From Azolla caroliniana (Eukaryota; Plantae; Polypodiophyta): 64,000 bases of DNA. Below, in pieces: positions 41,067 through 53,700 of this stretch. Every line of letters begins with the position of its first letter. Position 1 is the first letter of the stretch. The stretch is from positions 16,678,001 to 16,742,000 of the forward strand of contig JBHGNT010000013.1 in assembly GCA_043228905.1 (NCBI GenBank), written 5' to 3'. The notes under the pieces were generated by a model. That model was not told the origin of the DNA and did not search any database. It saw only the letters and a program-made list of their open reading frames with translations. Made by a program: the position numbers and the translations under genes.

Positions 41067-41153
41067 CACGCCTAAAAGGCCATTTTTGTAATATTATTAG
41101 TATTTTGAAGGTCGTGGGTCCGACGGACAAGGTCCTGTCCCACGGGCGTGCCA
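41067..41153 (+). other. tRNA-like structure ending in CCA, occupying the PPT position of element B
   Basis: Acceptor-like stem CACGCCT/GGGCGTG, T-like stem GTGGG/CCCAC, and 3' end GTCCCACGGGCGTGCCA two bases before the LTR. Folded by eye. Confidence 0.6.
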
Positions 41154-41799
41154 GGTGTTGTCTGGAGGACAGAAATGTAAAATTAGGAAATTAGCAGACG
41201 CCGAGTCCGAGTGTCACGGGCCACCAAGGGCTCGGTTGTGTGTAAGTGGAAAAGTTATTTAAATGAGGAACAGTACCTCAGAAAGAGAGAGACGAAAATT
41301 ATAGGCGGAAGCACTAGCTTAGTCATTTGAATTAGATAAACTTGTAAGGTCACCGGCCAGAGGCCGTGTTCTGTAATCCTTTCTACCATAGTAATACATC
41401 TTATTTGTGCCTATTTTGGTTGCATGATTCTGTGTTTCAATCGATAACTATGAGTTTCACGCTGCCACGTCTATCAAAACCTCGCTAGTGTTTTCTCTCT
41501 GAACCCTGTATCTCTCTCAACGCCTCTGTACGAGCCTTCATGTACCACGCCCTTGAAGACCGATAGTCGCAAATCTATCGAAGGTGTTCGCCCAAAGGAA
41601 CGGGTAACACACGAGCCGTGTCCTGTTGTTCGTCAAAGCAGTGGACGTGCGGGATAGGGATCAGGTGGGTCTCCTGCTGGAGACAGATGATGGGCTGACA
41701 ACCGACTGGGCCACGGTCAAAGGAGTATGCAGCTGCTTCGACAAACGGCGAAAGTGGGGTGACGAGACGGGGAATTAGTAAGGCCGGAGTTGACGAGAG

Positions 41800-42972
41800 C
41801 TGAACCCTTACCGGCCGGTTACGATTTAGGAAGGATGCTGGTGAAGAGTTAGCTGAGCGGATCAAGAGACGTGCGAGTGGCCATCCAGGGTCGAAGCAAG
41901 CACGAGTACGGGCGGTGTTCGGCACAGGTGGTGCCGAACAAGGAAGGCAGGAAACACCACACGACACATGGGAAGAACCAACAGAGGGACATGCGTGACA
42001 TGCAAGGGCGGAATTTGGCGAACAACCGAAGTGACCAGGGGTGTTCGGGAGAACCGGTCGGGGGAGGAAGGCGTGAACGTCGGATGCGGTGGATCGGATG
42101 GAGCCAGTGGATCAGGGCCGGTAATGCGTCGGCGAGACGGACGGGTGCCAATAAGGTGGAGGACCCGGTTAATCACCATCGCCGAAATCTCTCACCTTTT
42201 TTTTTTCCTTAGCACATACTGGTGGATGTGCGGTTTTGTTGGGGTGGATCTCATGAAGATTTCCGACTATAGTGTGAAATTAGGGTGGAATAGGGCAAGT
42301 CGGTGGTGTGCAGCATGTGCACATGTATAGTAGGAAACGGTGTATACAATAAAGGGGAGTATTTGTCCCACATTGTAATGCCCTCCCCTCCTTGGTCTAT
42401 AAAAGGAGGGAGGGGTCCATTGTTGAGGGGTTGCCCATTTTGAGTTAGGAGGGTATACCGTTAGATTTAGGGTTAGGCAGTTTCTCTTATTCTTGCTTCG
42501 TTCTAGGGTTTCATCTTGGTAGTTCCCTTTCTTTTCTTCTTCTTCTTCTTCTTCTTCGTCGTGTGGGTTGAGAGTTCGAGTCTGTTTAGGGTTTGCTTTT
42601 GCTCGGTCTCCTGTGCAAGACCTCGCTCGGCGCGACGAGCCCGAGAGCTCCCCGATCGGCGGCTTGGCAACAAACTGCCGTGGTAATCTAACCTACCTTG
42701 GCCCGACTCGAAGCCGGGGTTGTATCTTTTCCCTTGTAATATATATACTCGTATTTGTTTGTGCATATTGGTGTATTTGGTGGTGTCGAGAGCATAGCCC
42801 CTTGTTTCCTGTGCATAAGAGTTGGTGTTGCGCGCATGCTTTCTCTCTCTCTCTCTCATGTTCGGTTGCCTCCGGGATGTGTCCAGAGTCGGTTTCTCGG
42901 CATCCCTTCCTCCCTCGTCTGAGACCCCTGTGGTCCCGCCCCTTCTACATGCACACGCTTAATAATGTGACA
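41800..42972 (+). mobile_element. Element C remnant: 3' internal region, PPT and 3' LTR (42249-42972) of an A/D-family element; 5' half missing
   Basis: The LTR is homologous to solo LTR E and to the D LTRs. It is preceded by GTTGGGGTGGA and followed by ACGT. 41860-41960 resembles D internal 60285-60380. Confidence 0.75.
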
Positions 42973-44487
42973 ACGTAATGAGTCAAGATGGACGACACTT
43001 CGTCCAATTCTTGACCATGCGACCGAACCATGAGCGGAACCGTGAAACCCTCGACAACGGCGAACGAGGGGATTTTTAGAGAGGGCTATCAAGGCGTGGG
43101 GCCGCGATAGTTTGGACACCCTGGAGGATCCCCACACCTGTACCATAGGTAGGAAGGTTTGGTTCTCTGATAGCGAAGGTTGTACGATAGTCGACATCAT
43201 TGGCGGGGAGAAGAAGCGGGCAGAGGAACGACTTAGGACATGCGGGGTCCTCGCCCCCGATGAGGAAATTAGTGGCGCCGTGGAGGGTCTCTTTTGACGA
43301 CACCCTCGGGGAAATTGGGAAGGTGATTGAAGAAGGCCTCAGTGAAGACCGGATGATTCCGGTTATCTTGGTGGGAATGTACGAAGTCATTGCCGACTTC
43401 GGGGAAAGGGTCAGGTCGGATCAGACAGCCTGCGTGGATACAAGGTACAAGACAGTGGACCGGAAGGTGAGGCAAGTCGCGACACCCTTGCCGGAGGGCA
43501 GCGAGGAGCGAATGAAAGGGGTCGCATGGGATCCAAGTTTGCGGAATCCGGCCGGCATAGGACACCGGTTCACTTACATAACGCTACGGGAGTTCAAGGT
43601 CAGTGGGGGTGGCTTCCTACTACCAACGGAGGAGGAGAGGTTTCGGGGAATGCTCGGAAGGCACGGGAAGGCCTTCGCATTCGTGCCGGGGGAGATCGGG
43701 TGCGTGGACCCGACGATCATGGAACCAATGGTGATCTTACCGTACTGCATGTGCCGTGGAATCTCAAGCCGATTCCAATACCTAGAGCTCACATGCCAGA
43801 GTTGATGGAGCTACTGAAACAGAAGGTGGAGATGGGCATCCTCAAGCCGTCGAGTGCCCATATTTGAACCAGGGTGGAAGCATGCTACGGTGTACTAGAA
43901 AAGTACTGTTTTTGGCCACAAAAATTGTCAGTACTTTCGATACTGTTAGTACTGAATAATTCAGAAAAAAAATCAGAGAAAAAAAAATCAATTTTGGAGA
44001 GTGGGGTGATTGTAGTACAAGTGTCATTTACTACAAGGAGTGGTGGGAACACGTGAGGAGATGTTCTTTCCATTTTGGGGGCTATTTTCACCTCACGTCG
44101 ATTTTGGCGCTTCCCCTCACGTCGTTTTTGGCGCTTCCCCTCATACTCCTCTTCCTCTATCCCTCTGAGCTCTTCATCTAAGACATCCATATCACGTTTC
44201 TGCTTTTCCTCCAATCTAAGAGTTTTGTTGGGGTTTAGGGAGCAAATCTCAAAACATCCATGTCAGGTTGGAGCGTTTTTTTAGGGTTTCTGTTTTTGTT
44301 AAGGTTTAGGTTGAGGAACAAAGACTGTTCTGAGGCCTCTTATAACAGCCAATAGTGACTTCTTCGACAACGACTTTCTTACTTCCACCGATTGCAGTTT
44401 ATGTCGTGGTGATTTGGGGCTTTTTCCATCGAGACGAGGATCCTTCCACCGAATCTAGGCAGCATATCACAAAGATTCAAGGCGCCC

Positions 44488-44835
44488 TCCACCATTGGAG
44501 GTTCTTTCTAGCAAATCAAGGCGGCATATCACACAGAATCAACGCTCCCGCCACCATTGGAGGTTCCTTCCATCCAATTTTTTATTTTCAAGACTAAAAT
44601 TTTTCATTTCTTCATTTTTCAGTACTAAATTTTTAGATTTTACAATTGTCAAATTTGTACGTTGTGCTTCCACCATTGGAGGTTCCTTCCAGCAAATCGA
44701 GGCGGCATATCACATTGAATCAACGCTCCCGCCACCATTGGAGGTTCCTTCCATCCAGTTTTTTATTTTCAGGACTAAATTTTTTCATTTTTTCATTTTT
44801 CAGTACTAAAATTTTAGATTTTACGATTGTCATAT
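44488..44835. repeat. Subterminal tandem repeat (~182 bp x2, each containing two CCACCATTGGAGGTTC motifs)
   Basis: Directly visible duplication. Confidence 0.85.
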
Positions 44836-44986
44836 TTGATCCGTAATTCTAATGTTCGAAACGAATTATTTCTCACTTTGCAGGCCACATTTAAAAACAT
44901 TTGATTGTGTTTTCTTAGTGTAGTCTATATAACATTAACTACTCTCGCCAGACACTTAATTTTTTTGGATAAATCTAGTGACCAAA

Positions 44987-47900
44987 TGGGGGTCCCCAAC
45001 ATGAGTGAGTTGTCAAGTAACTCATGTATATCTGAAAGGACCAAGAGACGGGTGGTTCTTCACATAGTCCGTTATTTGGTAGAAATAACGAAGAGATTTA
45101 GTGAAGAGGATCGTAGGGATATTATATGTAGAGTGTTACACCATCAACGTTTGAATGAAGACATGGAGAGAATAAAATTTAGGAACCAATGTGTTTCAGA
45201 AGAGATTGTAGAGTCTATGAAGTCATCCCTAGACTTAGTGAAAGGTGTAGAGAGCATAGACAAACTTGATGCAAAGAGGGCAACCCTACACATGGTTGTG
45301 AACGGTGCGAGAGAAAAAAAATATAGTGATACTAAAGTTGCCTTAGCCCTGGGTATTCAAAGAAGGAACTTGAGGAAACATCGCCGAAATATACACTCAA
45401 GCCAATTCAAGTGGTTGGGGTTGGGACGTAGACGACGATGCGATGCCTTATCTCAAGAGATTATTGAGAAAGTGGATTCATTTTGGGCCAAAAATACGCG
45501 TGTCTCACCAAATAAGAAGGACGTGTGTAGACAACGAATAAGTCAGGGTAAGTACCAGATTCACCCTAGACACTTCTTGGAGATGACAGAGGTATTCCAT
45601 TTTTTTATATCAATTCACATTCCATAAATTTGTGTTTTGACCAAGTGTATATTAATGTTTGCTATATATATTGGTTGATGTAGGCTGAATTGTACATGAA
45701 CTTTAAAGACCAACATCCAAGCTTGACTGTTGGATTCCGCAAGTTCCAAGGTTTGAAACCATTTTATGTTAGAAAATTAAATGAGAGGAATACATGTTGT
45801 TGTGTTTACCACGTGAAGATGGACATGTTAACACTAGGAGTGAATGCAATGCGTACTGATTCTAAGGGTATACACGGGGAATTATGTGTTTGCACTTGTG
45901 AGGTTTGTAGACCAAATGGGGAGGATAATAGGTGTAATGCACGAAACATGACTTATGCATCCGTTTCTGAGCAATGGAGGTCTTGTGTTTGTGAAAAAGA
46001 ACCATCATGTGAGTGGCATCGTCGTACATGTCTATTAAGAACATGTAAGGTTTGTCCGCTACCATTATTTTGTAGGCAGGAGCTTGATTTGGGAAATAGT
46101 CATATCGTGAAATGGAAATATTTAGAGTATGTGACTGAAAATATTGGCAAGGGACTTGTAACTAAGCGTATCAAGGAAGTATATAAGGAGACATGTGCTG
46201 CCACCCTTGTCTCAGAATTTAAGTAACAACTTGGGGAGTTCATTCCACATAACTTCCGGAGTTATTGGCAAAATTCACAGTTCAAGGAATGTATTAATAA
46301 CTTACCAACGGGTGTCTTCATATCCGTTATTGACTTTACAGAAAACTATACATTTAAAGTTCAAAATGAGGTTCAATCAATGCATTGGTACAATGATCAA
46401 TGTCCAATACTTGTACATATTTGGTATTGGAGGCAAGACGGTGAGTTACATAAGAAATCAATATTTTACATTTCAGATGATAAAAAGCATGATACACTAT
46501 TTGTTCAACATTGTTTTAAGCTTCACCATGCAGATTTATTGTCTCTAGGGTTAACCTTTAACCGTCATTGGGTTTGGTTTGATAGTGCTGCCTCGTAGTT
46601 TAAGGCAGCACGATCGTTCTACTTTATCGCCAAGTAATTTTTAATCCATATGTTTAGTACTTATCATGCAATGTGTAAGGAAGTAATTCTTGTGTTAGTG
46701 CATGCATACTAATTATGTTTGTAACTATTCACACACAGTACTATTCACATGGATGCATACTAATTATGTTTGTAACTATTCAAACACAACACTATTCACA
46801 TGGATGCATGCATACTAATTTTGTTTGTAACTAAGTTAACTGTTCTTGATTGATTAAATAGTACTATCCAGTCATGTGAATCTGTGTTTATTATCTTTTA
46901 ATCCATGTGAAGGTGTTCTCCATAGACAAAGTGTACTATGTTGTGTGTTGTATCTTTACTAAATCAGTATTTATTGAAGAATGTAAAGTACTCGTATTGT
47001 ACTCTATAGTATTGTCCGTCCTTAAGAGAATTGTACTAATTATCTTTAATCCATGTGAAGTGTTCTCCATAGACACATTGTACTATGTTGTGTGTTGTAT
47101 CTGTACTAAATTAGTATTTACTCAACTTGTATTCATAGTATTGACTGTCCTTAAGAGAATTGTACTAATTATCTTTTAATCCATGTTGAGGGTTTTCCAT
47201 GGACAATACAGTGTCCATGGAAACCTGAGATACAAAAGCATGTATTTTTCCTTATTCAACATTCGTATGCAATGGAACTACTTCGGGTTTGGACATGGAA
47301 AAGGAGAGCATGATGGCGTGGGGGCTGTGATCAAACGTGCCCTTACAAGTGAGTAGTTGGATAATAATGGTGCGAAGTTACAAAATGCACATGATGTTGT
47401 GCAGTGGCTAACATGGAAGATGTCAAATGATGGTAAGAACATATTGTTTGTTGAAGTTCGCTGATGGTAAGAACATATTGTTTGTTGAAGTTCGCGCTGA
47501 TGAGGTTGATAGAACTAAATCATATGGTTGTAAAACCGTGAAAGGCACACGCAACACCCATTGTGTATTAGGGTTTAGCCACAAGGACACAACACAATTG
47601 TTACTCTGTACTTTATCATGCTTTTGTTCCATGTGTATAGATGAAGCTTGGGATAAATGCATCAACCTATCAATCATCGAGCCCTAGAAGCTGCAGAAGC
47701 TTGAGCTTGAACGACAAGATGATATTGAAGAGGATGCGCATTCAAACGATATTGTATACTACAACCAACATCAAGACTTGGCAGTTTTATTGGAAGTTGG
47801 AGATCATTTTGTAGTGCTCAAATCTCCTCAGAATGAAGATTTAGAAGACTACTACATTGTGGTGTGCAAGCAAGGCAAGACATTATTGAAAGAAGTGGTG

Positions 47901-48161
47901 AGGGATGGCTGGGGCAACAATTTCAACCTTGGTGAGTCTGTCGTGTATGGAAACTATTATGCAAAGTTGCTGTAGTGCAATAACACATATGCATTACTAA
48001 AAGAAGCACCGATAGCAATAATCTACGCTGATGCCATTCTTGTGATCAAATTCAATATGACTCAAGCAAAGCACAAGGTTAAGGGATACAACACTGTCTA
48101 CAAGGTCCCCCAAGAGGTTCATGAGCACATATCAGGGGAGGTCTCTCTATTTAATGCTTGA
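44987..48161 (+). pseudogene. Intron-containing DDD transposase (Sola2-like), inactivated
   Basis: Exons ~44987-45591, 45684-46633 and ~47230-48161. The first intron is GT-AG and in phase (MTE|AELY). Cys-rich region CCCVYH. Several in-frame stops and a 34-bp tandem duplication at 47428-47495. Confidence 0.85.
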
Positions 48162-49247
48162 AAGTCACCCTATCAATACATTGTACCAGAAAACTGAAAA
48201 ACATCCACTTGTAGTTCACTATTTGATGTATTGATATATTAATTTTGATGATTGACAAATGAATCTATTATGTATTATGAATCGATATATTTGATGTATT
48301 GAGACTATATATTGAGCTTGTATTGTAAGTGTTTATGGTAATTATAGAGTTGCTTGTTTCCATGGTTTAAGGTGTGAAGTCTTCAATACTTCTGTATTGT
48401 CAGTGTTTATGGTAATTATGGAGTTGCTTGTTTCTATGGTTTAAGGTGTGAAGTCTTGAATACTTAGTAGCCTAAATATGGCCCAAACTTATTCAACTAT
48501 CAAGTCTCTATTGTGTGCACTCAAGTCATTATTCAACTCTAACCATGTGCACTTAAGGAGACCATACTTCGTAAGTATCAATATACATATTAGTACTAAC
48601 GCAAGTATCAATATACATATTAGTTTAGTACTAATGTCAATTGCAAGTATGTCAATTGCAAGTATTAAGTAATACATAGCAATCTCCCAATGTCAATTGC
48701 AAGTATTAAGTAATACATAGTAGTCTCCCAAAGTATCTCAGTTAGACGGATACATACATTTGATGTAAAGTTCGGTTGCATGACAATATATACCAGTCTT
48801 CTAAATCTTCATCTGGTATAACGAATTGTATATAACATCTCAGTTAACAATTTAGAATTTTATTTGTAATCAACACAATCATGGCTACATGGGAGTGTAC
48901 CTAGGAGTGTGATAAATTCGTACCTCCCTCACCAAAGATCATTTCAGAATTAGCAATATAGAAATTCAGATTACACTACAAGAGTTAACAATAGAATACA
49001 TTTTCATTCTCTGCAATTGGCAATATAGAATTTCACATTGGTATAACTACTGGATTTTGGTATACCAAATAGTTCAATTTCAGACATCACTAACAGTTCA
49101 GCTAAAGTTCAAGTACAATCGAAAGACAATCAAAAGACACTAGTATAACTATTTCAGATAAATGAGACAGTATTTTGGTATACCAAATAGTTCAATTTCA
49201 GACATCACTAATAGTTCAGCTAAAGTTCAAGTACAATCGAAAGACAA

Positions 49248-52200
49248 TCAAGCACTAGAGGGCAATTTGGTTGATCTTGTAATGCGCTTGTTGTTGGTGC
49301 TAGTTTTTTCTGATTTTACATTCTTCTTTATCTTAAAGCCTTTAGGTATTAGCTGACTAAGTGGCACTTCATCATCAGAGGCATTAGAGACAAGCGTGGA
49401 TGCACGGGCACCTTGTACTAGTGGCAAGCTTGAGAGAGCAACTGTGTTTTCTGCAACTACAATGCTTGTACACACATCCACAAAGGTACTGTCAATAGAA
49501 AAATTATCACTCATCTCCTGAATGTGGGTTGTTTTAGTACTCATGTTGTTGCTAGTATGCTCAGTCTCAATACAATTAGGCTCCTGTATGTGGGCTACAA
49601 CAATACTCCTAGCGAACTCTTGGCTTGTCATAGTCACCTCATTCTTAAGACCATTGTGCTCTCCTTCTTGGGTCAACTCCTCTTGTACGGTGGCTATCAC
49701 CTCATTCTTAAGAGAACTGTGCTCCCCTTCTTGGGTGGTCTTTATTGCCTGGTCCTCATGGGTGATGGTAGTAGGCTCCCCTTCATTAGTAACGATGTTC
49801 TTTCCACAATCCTCATGGGATTCTTTAGACACTACTAGCACATTCTCAGTACAATCAAGCTCCTCTTCAGTACTAGCGATGTTCTTTCCACAATCCTCAT
49901 GGGATTCTTTAGACACTACAGATACATTCTCAGTACAATCAGTCTTCTCTTCAGTACTTGCCATATTCTTTCCACACTCCTCATGGGCTTCTTTAGACAA
50001 ATTATTGTTTGTACATGCCAACTGCTCTTCAAATATGAATGCTTCGTTTTTCTCACAGTCCTCATGTGTGGAAGATGTGCTTCCAGAGTCTGCCTCCGTG
50101 CAAAGGTTAATCCTAGAATCTGACTCTGCACTTGTGCTCCATATAGTTCTCGATTCATTTGATTGCAATTGGGAATCAGACTGGTCTTGTAAACCTAAAT
50201 AATGAGATTCCAAAGAATATTAGTATCAACTCACATACTCAAAAGTTTGCAAACATACCAACAACAATGAACGTAGGGTTAAGAGACACTTTTTTACCTA
50301 TTGTTACATCGTCATACTGTACAGTCGTAGATACCCCATTGCAAGTGGCAGGCTCAGTCATCTTCTCCACAACATCTAAGTGCTCAACAGGGTTGTTATG
50401 ATCTATAGAATGCACCAAAAGCAACACTATCATAGGGTTGTTATGATCTAAAACATTGTTTTCAAAAACCGGCTTTTGATGCGTACCTAGGAGTGTGATA
50501 AATTTGTCTTCACGATCAGGTTTTGGACTCGTATCTCCCTCACCAAAGATCATTTCGTCATCAGCTAGTAACACAAGTACATGGTATTAGACAATGCATT
50601 AGGTTGACAACTCTCCGGACAGGTGAGAACATATATGACTCACCATTGCATTCAACTTTGCCTTTCTTGCCCTTTCCATACAACATTCTTGCAACATTCC
50701 TCTTCTTAGTTGACTCTATTTCTAAAGAAATTAGGCATTCAACACTTTCTCAAATGAGAATTAAGATATGTTGGCAAAATTTGTGTTACCTGGATTGTTT
50801 GGATGTTGACCGGAGCTTGGGGAATTTGTTTGTAGAAGCATATGTTCCACTGCTCCAATGGCCCTTCTCATACATTCATCTTCATCATAAAACTCATAGG
50901 TTATTGGTAATGATGGTCCCTGAACCTTGGAATGTTCAACAGATACCGAGGGTTTAGGCACAGGGGCCGGTTGTTCCATTACCTTCCCTGGCGTGGAGTT
51001 GCTTGACACTACAACATTCATTGCAAGAAACCAAAAAACCTTCAAGGTTAGTATCGTGATATAAAATATACAATGTAGGTCACAAGAGCTGCATTACTAA
51101 TTCATTAAGCTACACCTAGTTCCCATATTACACAACTAGTACTAATCGTGAACAATGTACTACTCACTTAGTTCCCAATTTACAAAACTAGTACTAATCA
51201 TGAACAATGTACTACTCGCTAAGTACTAATCGTCAACAATGTACAAGTATAGTGTGTACTAACACTAGTACTAGGCACGTTGTAATATAGATTGGACTAA
51301 CATCTAATCCAACAAATGTAGATTGGATTTTAGTACTAACGTGGTATTTTGCACACAAGTAATACTAAACATGATATGTGTTCTACACACCTAATTACAT
51401 AACTTGTACTAATTACACCAACAGTATTAATCTTGAACAATATTAGTACTAAACGTGATATGTGTTTGACACACCTCATTTCCAAATTACACAAACTGTA
51501 CTAATATTCAGCAATTTACTATACACCTTGTTCCCAAATTACATAACCAGTACTAATTCCCAAGTTACACAAACAATACTAATAGTCAACAATGTACTAC
51601 AAGTATAGTGTCTACTAAACTAGTACTAGGCAAGTTGCAATATAGATTGGACGATGTTGTACCTGGTTCCCTTTTAGTACTAATTCTGGAAAATATCCCT
51701 TCAACTACACATACCAATTATATATTAAGAGTACTACCAATACTAACCCACATAATTAGGGTTCCACATATTAGTTGTTAGAGATACACTAATACTAATC
51801 TATTGTTCTCCTAAATTTGAAGTATGAATTGTGGCGTACACTAGTTCTAATCCAAATGTAAATTGACATCATATAATACAAACAATAGAATAGTAGAGCC
51901 ACATACCGTACGGGTGTACTTTTATACCCCAAGCATAGTACCACTCAGCCGCAATTGTAGTTTTACAGTCCATACATGTATTCTCTTTCTCAAAATGATA
52001 CTTAGCACATAACACATGATATGTGTGCAAGCACGGTGTAATCACAACATCCATAACCTCCAGCTTGAATCCTAGGCCACAAAATATACACCTGGCAGAT
52101 TGCAAACACAAGTTATAATATATTACCTAATATGATATTTATACCACAGAAGTAGAAATAAATAACTATTAAAGCCAATACCGTGATATAGCTATACTAG

Positions 52201-53239
52201 TAATGGTACTTTCCATACCACTTGGGTGCTCAATTATAGATGGACACAAAGTTTCAAAACCTTTTTGTTTTAAATCCTGCATCAAGCACGCAAGGTTCTC
52301 GGAATGCAACTTTAAAGTTGACAACTTATTATCTATTTCGGAATGTGCATTCTTGCAAGTATCAAGGTCTCTCATTTGTGAACCTAATTGAGTGCCCATA
52401 TTGTTTAGCTCTTTCTTCAACTCCTCTTTCAACACCTCACTTTCTGAATTTTGGATTGTCGATGCAATCCATTCATATGTAGTCTTTAATGAAGAGAATT
52501 TCTTTTCTGCCCGTATCTCAGTTGATTTAACTACTTCCAAATCAGCAAGTAGTGCTTGTATTCTTGAGCTCATAGATGCTATGCAACTGGCCATCATATG
52601 TTCATTCTTTTCAGTCATTTTGGCCCGTACCTTTGCAGATTGAACTTGGTGGACAAGTGTTGTAGCCGGAATATCCACATGAGAGGTTCCCAATGACTTT
52701 AAGCCAGTGTTGGTACTGGAGGACCCTTTATAATGTTCTGACCGGTGCCGATTAAAATCTTCCCAATCTACGTCGATGCCACCCTGAACTTCACATGCAA
52801 ATGCACGTGCAAAAACAGTACCCACCTCATTGTTACAGATTTGATTTGTATCATAAACATGTTCATATCTCGTCTTCAATAAGTTCACATATTCCCTCTT
52901 CAATCCACTTATGTGGAATCCTCGCCTTGTATCGGGATGTGCTGACCCCCAGGTTTTTATCAACCACTCTCTCAGCTCAGGATAAATTTCAAGTTGTGCT
53001 CGAAGGAAATAACTCCATCCGAGAGGTGTGTCTCGAATGATGGAGTGGTACATCTTCTTTCTCTGTGTTGATGAATTCATCACCCTTTCTCTTGTGGGTG
53101 TCTTCTTGCTTTCTTTGATAGGTGTCCTTTTTCCTTCCTTCACTGGTGTCTTCACTTTCTCTTTCATCAATGTCTTCTTTATGGGTGTCCTTCTCGTCAT
53201 TGTCCTAGTCATCACTATTCTTGTTGAATGAATATGCAT
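49248..53239 (-). pseudogene. Second, convergent spliced gene of the DNA transposon: basic N-terminus, helical domain, coiled coil, RING-H2 finger and acidic repeat tail (partly degenerate)
   Basis: Exon 53239-52182 splices in phase (CG|G, intron 52181-52092) to RING exon 52091-51907 (CIFC-x15-CLHTYHVLC-x10-CMDC). That splices in phase (G|TG) to an exon from 51008, with a stop/frameshift near 50760. Further ORFs at 50564-50239 and 50213-49248. Confidence 0.72.
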
Positions 53240-53289
53240 GTACTAGAATAAAACTCATCAAATTACCATCAACACATAGCAAATCATCA

Positions 53290-53700
53290 CATTGCATGTA
53301 CAAGCCAGGTCAAACACACAAAAACCCTAAATAGTCGGAAGAAAACTCATCCATGTCTAACACATACAAATTAAAAACAAACAGATAGGAAACACAAAGA
53401 AAACGAAAACATACCAACAAAACGAAAACATAGCAACTCATCATAGCCAACTCCATCTAAGTTGCATGTACAAACCATGTCAAACACACAACCACCCTAA
53501 ATAGTCGGAAGAAAACTCATCCATGTCAAACACATACAAATTAAAAACAGACAGACAGGAAACACAAAGAAAATGAAAACATACCAGTTGGGCATGCAAC
53601 ACATAGACTATGAATAATCAAAACCTAAAAATGCCCATACACATACAAATTAAAAACAAATGGATAGGAAACACAGAGAAAACGATAACATACCAGTTGG
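53290..53700. repeat. Tandem repeats (~180 bp unit) upstream of the accessory gene
   Basis: CCCTAAATAGTCGGAAGAAAACTCATCCATGTC..CATACAAATTAAAAAC repeated 2-3 times. Confidence 0.8.

Larger units (their letters stand above)
31520..41609 (+). mobile_element. Element B: full-length non-chromovirus Ty3/gypsy retrotransposon (10.09 kb) with an extra 3' ORF and no PPT
   Basis: 454-bp LTRs at 31520-31973 and 41156-41609. Perfect TSD CACGA. PBS TGGCACGCTCGGT at 31979-31991 (tRNA-Arg type). Domain order gag-PR-RT-RH-INT, no chromodomain. Confidence 0.96.
30588..41800 (+). pseudogene. Element A gag, split into 30588-30643, 31113-31519 and 41615-~41800
   Basis: Reads GQFGGKDATSYL..TWGEFEARLLERY..LDRTVLDT|SRVLLFVKAVD..GLTTDWATVK across the insertions. 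Homologous to the element D gag. Confidence 0.8.

Noticed and set aside
41067-41153. Annotating the structure as a genuine tRNA gene
   Set aside because: It lacks A-box/D-loop consensus, has an expanded T-loop and has an encoded CCA, so it is kept as a mimic.
44488-44835. CRISPR-like short repeats (CCACCATTGGAGGTTC)
   Set aside because: The spacers are themselves duplicated, the context is a eukaryotic TE and there are no cas genes.
49522-50202. 226-aa plus-strand Ser-rich ORF
   Set aside because: Antisense shadow of the Glu-rich repetitive exon.
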